This document shows positions 57,496-64,000 of a DNA stretch of 64,000 nucleotides, piece after piece (positions within the stretch are counted from its first letter, which is position 1; the number at the start of each line of letters is the position of its first letter). Origin of the DNA: Bacteroidota bacterium. Lineage in GTDB: Bacteria; Bacteroidota; Bacteroidia; Bacteroidales; JAAAOM01. The position numbers and the translations under genes are program-made. Where the stretch lies: the NCBI GenBank assembly GCA_009908855.1, contig JAAAOM010000048.1, forward strand, positions 64,867 to 128,866, written 5' to 3'. The notes under the pieces are model-generated. The model saw only the letters and a list, made by a program, of their open reading frames with translations, did not search any database and had not been told where the DNA came from.

Positions 57496-57885
57496 TTAAA
57501 TGTATTCGATTAGATTAAAAGGAAGTTTGATGGTTGATTTATAATGTTCACCCAATCCCAATACTGCCTCATCATCCTCCTCGTAATACCAGTTTACGAC
57601 CAGGTCATTTCCCTTATCATAATACTTTTTAAGTTTACGGAATAACCCCAAAATAAATTTTGATGATCCGCTGTTAATATATTCAAGATTTAAATCAAAC
57701 CGGGTTTTTTTTTGGGGTGCATTGTAATACTCATCCACCCAGTTTAAAATTTTTTCATAAAAATCGTTCGGATTTTCAGGTATTGAACGGCCTTCGATTT
57801 TCATCAATCCGTTATCCGGGTCGAATTCAAAATATGGGGTGTTGGGCGTTTTATCTATTACAATTTTATTCATGGTTTTTTCCAA
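57496..57885 (-). CDS. DUF1987 domain-containing protein (SiaC-family partner-switch component)
   Basis: 129 aa. TPNTPYFEFDPDNGLMKIEGRSIPENPNDFY...LEYINSGSSKFILGLF...VNWYYEEDDE matches my recollection of the DUF1987 pattern. Confidence 0.75.
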   Translation of the reverse strand: MEKTMNKIVIDKTPNTPYFEFDPDNGLMKIEGRSIPENPNDFYEKILNWVDEYYNAPQKKTRFDLNLEYINSGSSKFILGLFRKLKKYYDKGNDLVVNWYYEEDDEAVLGLGEHYKSTIKLPFNLIEYI

Positions 57886-58028
57886 ATTCTTAATACCAAC
57901 TCAAATTAAACTGAAGATACAAAAAAATATACACTGTAAACAAAGATATTTATATTAATAATAAATCCATATCCTTATAAAATTGTTTTAATTAATACCA
58001 TGCACTTAGATTTACCAATGGAATAATT

Positions 58029-58036
58029 TATATTTG
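58029..58036 (+). promoter_or_regulatory. Candidate -7 box for aconitase (TATATTTG)
   Basis: Perfect TAnnTTTG, 38 nt upstream of the ATG at 58074. Confidence 0.35.
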
Positions 58037-58073
58037 CCCAATTATTGCGTATACATTAAAAGAAAAACATATT

Positions 58074-60338
58074 ATGGTATTTGATTTGGACATGATTAAA
58101 TCCGTTTATTCCCAATTTTCACAACGGATAGAAAGAGCGAAAAAATTGGTTCAGAGACCGTTAACATTAGCGGAAAAGATTTTATATGCCCATCTTTCAG
58201 ATCCGAATGAAGTAAAAGCATTTGAAAGAGGCGTTGACTATGTGAATTTTCAACCCGACAGAGTGGCTATGCAGGATGCCACCGCACAAATGGCCTTGTT
58301 ACAATTTATGCAATCGGGAAAAGATAAGGCCGCCGTACCCAGTACCGTACATTGCGATCACTTAATACAAGCCAAAGTGGGTGCTGAAGCCGACCTGGCA
58401 GAGGCAAAAATGACCAATAAAGAAGTTTTTGATTTTCTATCATCGGTATCCAATAAATATGGAATTGGTTTCTGGAAACCGGGGGCAGGAATTATACATC
58501 AGGTAGTAATCGAGAACTACGCTTTTCCGGGCGGAATGATGATCGGAACAGACTCGCATACGGTAAATGCCGGTGGATTAGGAATGGTAGCCATTGGTGT
58601 TGGTGGAGCCGATGCCGTTGATGTAATGGCAGGCATGCCCTGGGAACTTAAATTTCCGAAACTAATTGGCGTGAAACTAACCGGTAAAATGAGCGGTTGG
58701 ACATCCGCCAAAGACGTCATTCTTAAGGTTGCCGGAATATTAAGTGTAAAGGGTGGTACAGGTTGTATCGTGGAATATTTCGGAGAAGGAGCCGAATCAA
58801 TCAGTTGTACCGGAAAAGGTACTATATGCAATATGGGCGCTGAAATTGGTGCCACCACCTCACTTTTCGGTTATGATGCCAAAATGCGCGAATACCTCAT
58901 GGGAACAGAGCGCAAAGAAGTGGCTGATGCAGCCGATCAGGTAAAGGAATACCTCACGGCCGATCCGGAGATATATGCCAACCCCGAAAAATATTTCGAT
59001 CAACTAATAGAAATAGACCTCTCAACCCTCGAGCCACATGTTAATGGCCCGTTTACGCCAGACCGTGCCACACCTGTTTCAAAGCTGGCTGAAGAAGTAA
59101 AGAAAAACGGATGGCCTGAGAAATTATCTGTCGGACTTATAGGTTCATGCACCAATTCGTCGTATGAAGACCTAACACGTGCAGCTTCTCTGGCCAAACA
59201 GGCCAAAACGAAAAAGTTAAAAGTTCAATCGGAATATACCGTTACACCTGGCTCTGAAATGGTACGGTTCACCGCCGATCGTGATGGATTGTTAAAAGAA
59301 TTTACTGACATTGGCGGGGTAGTGCTTGCCAATGCCTGTGGGCCATGCATCGGTCAATGGAAACGTCATGGGGCTGAAAAACAAGAACCCAATTCCATCA
59401 TGACCTCATTCAACCGGAATTTCGCCAAAAGAAATGACGGAAATCCCAATACTCACGGATTTGTAGCGTCTCCCGAAGTAACAACGGCCTATGCCATTGC
59501 CGGTACGCTTGCTTTTAACCCAATGACCGACACCCTTGAAAATGAATTGGGTGAAAAAGTAAAACTTAACGAACCACAGGGAATTGAATTTCCGGTTAAA
59601 GGATTCTCCGTTGAAGACAATGGTTATCAGCCACCGGCCAAAGATGGCTCTCAGGTTGAAGTTATTGTAAAACCCGATTCAGACCGTCTTCAAATACTTA
59701 CTCCTTTTGATCCCTGGGACGGGAAGGACATCAAAGGCCTGAATCTGCTGATCAAAGCCGATGGTAAATGCACTACCGATCATATTTCAATGGCCGGCCC
59801 CTGGTTAAAATACCGTGGCCATTTAGATAATATTTCAAACAATCTGTTGATCGGGGCAGTAAATAAATTCAATGGCGAAACCAACAACGTTAAAAATCAG
59901 GTTACCGGTGAATATATGCCCGTTCCCGATGCTGCACGATATTACAAAGCCAATACACCGGGTTCGATTGTAGTGGGTGATGATAATTACGGCGAAGGAT
60001 CATCGCGTGAGCATGCCGCCATGGAACCCCGTAACCTGGGTGTTCGTGTTGTGCTGGTTAAGTCATTCGCCAGGATACACGAAACAAACCTGAAAAAACA
60101 GGGTATGTTGGCACTGACTTTTGATAATCCTGATGATTATGATAAAATCCAGGAGGATGATACATTTGATGTTACAGGGTTAACGCAGATTACTCCGAAT
60201 AAACCAATGACACTTGTTATACACCATAAGGATGGTTCTGTTGAACAGGTTAAAGTGAATCACTCTTACAACGAAAATCAGATAAAGTGGTTTAAAGCAG
60301 GCTCGGCACTGAATTTAATTCGTCAGCAAAACCAGTAG
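58074..60338 (+). CDS. Aconitate hydratase, mitochondrial-type (~755 aa class)
   Basis: 754 aa. [20 protein letters not shown], Fe-S ligands ([20 protein letters not shown]) and a swivel domain ([10 protein letters not shown]). Confidence 0.95.
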   Translation: MVFDLDMIKSVYSQFSQRIERAKKLVQRPLTLAEKILYAHLSDPNEVKAFERGVDYVNFQPDRVAMQDATAQMALLQFMQSGKDKAAVPSTVHCDHLIQAKVGAEADLAEAKMTNKEVFDFLSSVSNKYGIGFWKPGAGIIHQVVIENYAFPGGMMIGTDSHTVNAGGLGMVAIGVGGADAVDVMAGMPWELKFPKLIGVKLTGKMSGWTSAKDVILKVAGILSVKGGTGCIVEYFGEGAESISCTGKGTICNMGAEIGATTSLFGYDAKMREYLMGTERKEVADAADQVKEYLTADPEIYANPEKYFDQLIEIDLSTLEPHVNGPFTPDRATPVSKLAEEVKKNGWPEKLSVGLIGSCTNSSYEDLTRAASLAKQAKTKKLKVQSEYTVTPGSEMVRFTADRDGLLKEFTDIGGVVLANACGPCIGQWKRHGAEKQEPNSIMTSFNRNFAKRNDGNPNTHGFVASPEVTTAYAIAGTLAFNPMTDTLENELGEKVKLNEPQGIEFPVKGFSVEDNGYQPPAKDGSQVEVIVKPDSDRLQILTPFDPWDGKDIKGLNLLIKADGKCTTDHISMAGPWLKYRGHLDNISNNLLIGAVNKFNGETNNVKNQVTGEYMPVPDAARYYKANTPGSIVVGDDNYGEGSSREHAAMEPRNLGVRVVLVKSFARIHETNLKKQGMLALTFDNPDDYDKIQEDDTFDVTGLTQITPNKPMTLVIHHKDGSVEQVKVNHSYNENQIKWFKAGSALNLIRQQNQ

Positions 60339-60365
60339 AAATGCCATTTTACTAAATATAATTTA

Positions 60366-60397
60366 AGCTGTTACCTTTGTGGTGACAGCTTTTTTTA
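60366..60397 (+). terminator. Rho-independent terminator after aconitase. Its loop contains a TACCTTTG box that could serve the downstream miaA.
   Basis: AGCTGTTACC-TTTGT-GGTGACAGCT stem-loop followed by TTTTTTT. Confidence 0.7.
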
Positions 60398-60415
60398 TTT
60401 GATAGCCCGGAAATA

Positions 60416-61324
60416 ATGCAGAATAAACATTTAATTATAATACTTGGCCCAACAGCGGTTGGTAAAACCAATGTTGCCATTCACATGGCCAGGGCATTTG
60501 AGACTCAAATTATTTCGGCTGATTCAAGACAAATTTACAGAGAAATGTCTGTTGGTACGGCTGTACCTTCAGCAGAAGAACTACAGACGGTTCCGCATCA
60601 TTTCATCCAGGAACGTTCTGTTACCGAATATTACAATGCCAGTATGTATGAGCAGGATGTACTACAAAGATTAGAAAACCTTTATAAAAAACATGATGTA
60701 ATTGTTATGTCGGGTGGCACCGGATTGTACATCGACACGGTTTGCAAAGGAATTGACGATTTACCTGATGTGAATCCGGAGCTCAGAAAACAACTCACCG
60801 AAGAATTTGAAAAAGAAGGCATTGAATCATTGCGACAAAGATTAAATATTCTCGACCCCGAATATTACAAAAAGGTGGACCTGAACAATGCAAAACGATT
60901 GCTTAAAGCCATTGAAATTTCATTGATAACCGGTAAACCATACTCTAGTCTTTTAACAAAACCCAGTAAAAAGAGATATTTCAACATATTAAAAATTGGC
61001 CTGAACATCGATCGTGAAACGTTATATAACCGGATTAATGCAAGGGTAGATCAAATGATAAAGGAAGGCCTTGAGACAGAAGCCCGCAATCTTGTTCCTC
61101 ATCGTAACATTAATGCACTTAACACAGTGGGATATAAAGAGTTTTTCGATTTTTTCGAAGGTCATCATACCAGAGAAAAAGCCATTGAATTAATCAAACG
61201 AAATACCAGACGATATGCACGACGGCAGTTAACCTGGTTTAAAAAAGATACAGATATTACCTGGTTTCAGCCCGATGATATTGAATCAATAAAAAACCAT
61301 ATACATAAAAACATCACAGGATAG
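60416..61324 (+). CDS. miaA: tRNA dimethylallyltransferase (canonical paralog)
   Basis: 302 aa. GPTAVGKT, ISADSRQIYREMSVGTAVPS, VPHHFI, GGTGLYI, RRYARRQLTWF. Confidence 0.93.
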   Translation: MQNKHLIIILGPTAVGKTNVAIHMARAFETQIISADSRQIYREMSVGTAVPSAEELQTVPHHFIQERSVTEYYNASMYEQDVLQRLENLYKKHDVIVMSGGTGLYIDTVCKGIDDLPDVNPELRKQLTEEFEKEGIESLRQRLNILDPEYYKKVDLNNAKRLLKAIEISLITGKPYSSLLTKPSKKRYFNILKIGLNIDRETLYNRINARVDQMIKEGLETEARNLVPHRNINALNTVGYKEFFDFFEGHHTREKAIELIKRNTRRYARRQLTWFKKDTDITWFQPDDIESIKNHIHKNITG

Positions 61325-61328
61325 AACC

Positions 61329-61787
61329 ATGCAACAAGGTCCCATACAGGAATTTAACATACGCGTATACGCTATTATTGAAAATGAAAGTGGCGATGTG
61401 CTTATCAGTGATGAAATGTTTCGAAAGCAACAACTGATCAAGTTTCCGGGAGGTGGTATGAAGCTCGGTGAAGGAACTCTTGATTGCCTGAAAAGGGAGG
61501 CGCTGGAGGAATTTGGGCAGGAAATAGAGGTGATAGCACATTATTATACAACCGATTATTTCATTCGCACCCTGTTTTTTGAGGTGAAACAATTGATAGC
61601 CATATATTACCGTGTAAAATTTAGCGCACCGGTTCAATTTCAAATTTCCACAAAACCATTCGATTTTGAGGGTGATGAAGATGGTACACAATCCTTTCGC
61701 TGGATGAAGAAAAAACCGGAAAATATTGACCAGCTAACTTTTGAAGTCGATAAAAAAGTAATGAAAATGCTTATTGATGAAAAATGA
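61329..61787 (+). CDS. NUDIX hydrolase
   Basis: 152 aa with a Nudix box (GGGMKLGEGTLDCLKREALEEFG). Starts 4 nt after miaA. Confidence 0.85.
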   Translation: MQQGPIQEFNIRVYAIIENESGDVLISDEMFRKQQLIKFPGGGMKLGEGTLDCLKREALEEFGQEIEVIAHYYTTDYFIRTLFFEVKQLIAIYYRVKFSAPVQFQISTKPFDFEGDEDGTQSFRWMKKKPENIDQLTFEVDKKVMKMLIDEK

Positions 61788-61812
61788 AAGGCGCCCGACT
61801 TTGTAAAATTGT

Positions 61813-61820
61813 TACTTTTG
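61813..61820 (+). promoter_or_regulatory. Candidate -7 box (TACTTTTG)
   Basis: Perfect TAnnTTTG, 29 nt upstream of the ATG at 61849. Confidence 0.35.
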
Positions 61821-61848
61821 AAACCGTTTAATAACGGGTACTGTTCTT

Positions 61849-62847
61849 ATGAGAAAATATTCCATTGTTATTCCTGTTTACAATCGTCCCATTGAGGTGT
61901 ATGAGTTATTACAAAGCCTTACTGAGCAGCAGTTTAAAAATTTTGAAGTATTAATTATCGAAGATGGTTCCGGCGACAAATCGGAAGATGTAGTGAAACA
62001 ATTCCGGGAAAAGCTGGATATTAAATACCATTTTAAAGCAAACAGCGGCCCCGGAAACAGCCGTAATTTTGGGATGCAAAAGGCAACCGGTGATTATGTA
62101 ATGTTGTTTGACTCCGATTGCCTCATTCCACCCGATTATTTTAAAAACCTGGAAAATGTGTTGAATGGAAGACCGCTTGATGCCTTTGGCGGACCTGATA
62201 ATGCACATATTTCTTTTTCGGATGTGCAAAAAGCCATTAATTATGCCATGACTTCCTTTTTAACAACCGGTGGGGTACGTGGTAAAAAAAGCAAACTTGA
62301 TAAATTTCAACCCCGTAGTTTTAATATGGGGCTAAGCAAAGAAGTAATCGAAAAAGTTGGAGGATTTTCGGATATTCATCCCGGTGAAGATCCCGATTTG
62401 AGTTTTCGCATTATGGATGCCGGTTTTAAAGTAGGCTTAATTGAGGAAGCTTATGTATATCACAAACGGCGGATAGATTTTTCAAAGTTTAGCAGGCAGG
62501 TATATAAATTTGGTGTTGTAAGGGTTATTTTAATGAAATGGTATCCCAAACGCAAAAGCCTGGTATATTTTTTTCCGTCGATATTTGTTTTTGGCCTGAT
62601 CGGCCTGATCGCTTCGGGTATTTTTATAACTCCCTGGTTTCTTACTCCTATCGGGTTATACATCCTTTTGTTATTTGTCGATTCACTCGCTCAATCCGGC
62701 CGATTGAATATTGCCTGTATGTCTGTTATGGCAAGTTTTATCCAGCTTACCTGTTATGCGTATGGCTTTACCCAATCGTTTATAAAAATAATGATGTTAC
62801 GAATCCCGGAGCGAAAAGCCTTCCCGAAATTCTTTTTCAACCGCTAA
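61849..62847 (+). CDS. Family 2 glycosyltransferase with C-terminal TM helices
   Basis: 332 aa. YSIVIPVYNRP, LIIEDGSGD, a DSD (DxD) motif, and 3 C-terminal TM helices. Confidence 0.88.
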   Translation: MRKYSIVIPVYNRPIEVYELLQSLTEQQFKNFEVLIIEDGSGDKSEDVVKQFREKLDIKYHFKANSGPGNSRNFGMQKATGDYVMLFDSDCLIPPDYFKNLENVLNGRPLDAFGGPDNAHISFSDVQKAINYAMTSFLTTGGVRGKKSKLDKFQPRSFNMGLSKEVIEKVGGFSDIHPGEDPDLSFRIMDAGFKVGLIEEAYVYHKRRIDFSKFSRQVYKFGVVRVILMKWYPKRKSLVYFFPSIFVFGLIGLIASGIFITPWFLTPIGLYILLLFVDSLAQSGRLNIACMSVMASFIQLTCYAYGFTQSFIKIMMLRIPERKAFPKFFFNR

Positions 62848-62930
62848 CAGCAGGTTTTATCATATATTTATCTTGTATTCAGTAAGCAATGCAGGGAATT
62901 AATTTATATCATTTTATTAATGACCGTAGA

Positions 62931-63890
62931 CTAAATTTCCTCGTCAATGGTGTACTCATTCCGGTTGGGTGCTTTTCGGGATATCAAATCGCCCAGAAAT
63001 CCGGCGGTGAAAAGTTGAACCCCTATAATCATAAGCACCAGCGCAATATAAAAGTAAGGCGATTGTGTAACCAAAATGGTAGGCAGTCCGTTCTTCAGCC
63101 TATATAATTTATTGACACCCACATACAGCGCAGCGGCAAATCCAAGAATAAAAACCAATGTTCCCCAGGTGCCGAAAAAATGCATCGGACTTTTGCCAAA
63201 CTTTGAAATAAACATCACCGATAGTAAATCCAAGGGCCCCCGAATAAATCGTTCGAGTCCGTATTTGGTTTTGCCATATTTACGTTCCTGATGCTGAACA
63301 ACCTTTTCGCCAATTTTATGAAAACCGGCCCATTTAGCCAATACGGGAATGTAACGGTGCATTTCACCGTATACCTCAATGCTTTTTACAACTTTTTGGC
63401 GATAGGCTTTCAATCCGCAATTCATGTCATGAATTCTTATCTTACTGATCTTACGTACCGTCCAGTTGTAAAATTTACTCGGAATATTTTTAGTAAAAAC
63501 AGGGTCGTAACGTTTTTTCTTCCAGCCCGATACCAGATCATAGCCCTCATCGATAACCATTTTGTAAAGCGCCGGGATTTCTTCGGGATTATCCTGCAGG
63601 TCTCCGTCCATGGTAATAATCACCTCACCCTGTGCTTTTTCAAATCCACAATATAACCCCGCTGCTTTGCCGTAATTACGCGTGAATTTAATGGCTTTCA
63701 CAGAATTATCATCCTGGGATATGTTTCTGATCACTTCCCATGAACGATCGGTACTACCATCATCAATAAGAATGATTTCATACGTGAATTGCTGTTCAAC
63801 CAGCACCTTACTTATCCATTGGGTAAGTTCCTGTAAGGATTCTTCTTCGTTAACAACAGGTATGACAACTGATATATCTATCTTATCCAT
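62931..63890 (-). CDS. Family 2 glycosyltransferase, polyprenyl-phosphate sugar transferase type (ArnC/DPM1-like)
   Basis: The start at MDKIDISVVIPVVNEE lies 4 nt after the upstream gene's stop. ILIDDGSTD, TMDGDLQD, and two C-terminal TM helices. The longer ORF to 63947 is rejected. Confidence 0.88.
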   Translation of the reverse strand: MDKIDISVVIPVVNEEESLQELTQWISKVLVEQQFTYEIILIDDGSTDRSWEVIRNISQDDNSVKAIKFTRNYGKAAGLYCGFEKAQGEVIITMDGDLQDNPEEIPALYKMVIDEGYDLVSGWKKKRYDPVFTKNIPSKFYNWTVRKISKIRIHDMNCGLKAYRQKVVKSIEVYGEMHRYIPVLAKWAGFHKIGEKVVQHQERKYGKTKYGLERFIRGPLDLLSVMFISKFGKSPMHFFGTWGTLVFILGFAAALYVGVNKLYRLKNGLPTILVTQSPYFYIALVLMIIGVQLFTAGFLGDLISRKAPNRNEYTIDEEI

Positions 63891-63894
63891 GATT

Positions 63895-64000
63895 CTATTC
63901 AATGCCTTGCATATCTTGTTTAAACGGATCACCCTCTTTCTTAACAAAAAAGGCGATTACCAACGAGAATAAAAATCCGACAAAAGTGACCTGAATCAAC
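63895..64000 (-). CDS. 3' end of an unidentified membrane protein gene (partial, runs off the window)
   Basis: Manual reverse translation from 63999 gives ...LIQVTFVGFLFSLVIAFFVKKEGDPFKQDMQGIE-stop (TAG at 63897-63895): a TM helix followed by a charged tail. Ends 4 nt before the GT2 ATG. Confidence 0.35.
   Translation of the reverse strand, partial: LIQVTFVGFLFSLVIAFFVKKEGDPFKQDMQGIE

Noticed and set aside
63251-63260. A GTTCGAGTCC string resembling a tRNA T-arm.
   Set aside because: It is embedded in the GT2 coding sequence. There is no acceptor stem, D-arm or anticodon arm around it. No tRNA was found anywhere in the window by eye.

Overview
The window reads as an ordinary chromosomal segment of a Bacteroidota genome, class Bacteroidia or a relative. 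Lineage markers are a GldB gliding lipoprotein, a T9SS type-A C-terminal sorting domain, a BACON-like lipoprotein, a GWxTD protein, a SPOR protein, a 754-aa mitochondrial-type aconitase, two MiaA paralogs, and recurrent TAnnTTTG -7 promoter boxes with no Shine-Dalgarno-like sequences. I can support about 59 protein-coding genes, including two partial genes at the window edges and one 41-codon ORF that falls below the ORF-track cutoff. Coding density is high and most genes are housekeeping: DNA repair (uvrA), cell wall (ddl, PASTA protein, lytic transglycosylase), RNA modification (rluD, rlmD, rlmB, miaA x2, tsaC, smpB), folate and thymidylate (thyA-folA), central metabolism (gap, aconitase, lpdA, ispE), nitrogen assimilation (asnC-asnB-asnA-amt-glnK), a MacB-type ABC exporter next to an ECF sigma/anti-sigma pair, and two GT2 glycosyltransferases. 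By eye I found no rRNA, tRNA, CRISPR array, transposase, integrase, phage gene, or recognisable defence or toxin-antitoxin module. I also see no convincing multi-gene novel system. The items most worth follow-up are small. (1) A GC-rich island of about 185 nt with a long-range closing helix and internal hairpins, sitting between two divergent promoters (46799-46982); it is a candidate ncRNA or MITE. (2) An untracked 41-aa lipoprotein ORF, followed by a terminator-like hairpin that abuts the start codon of the next gene (53635-53946). (3) An anti-sigma-like protein fused through a long low-complexity linker to an outer-membrane beta-barrel. (4) A 7TM-PAS sensor with no output domain. (5) A DHOD-like protein lacking the catalytic Cys/Ser. 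All functional calls come from reading the translated ORFs against remembered family motifs. No database search was run.
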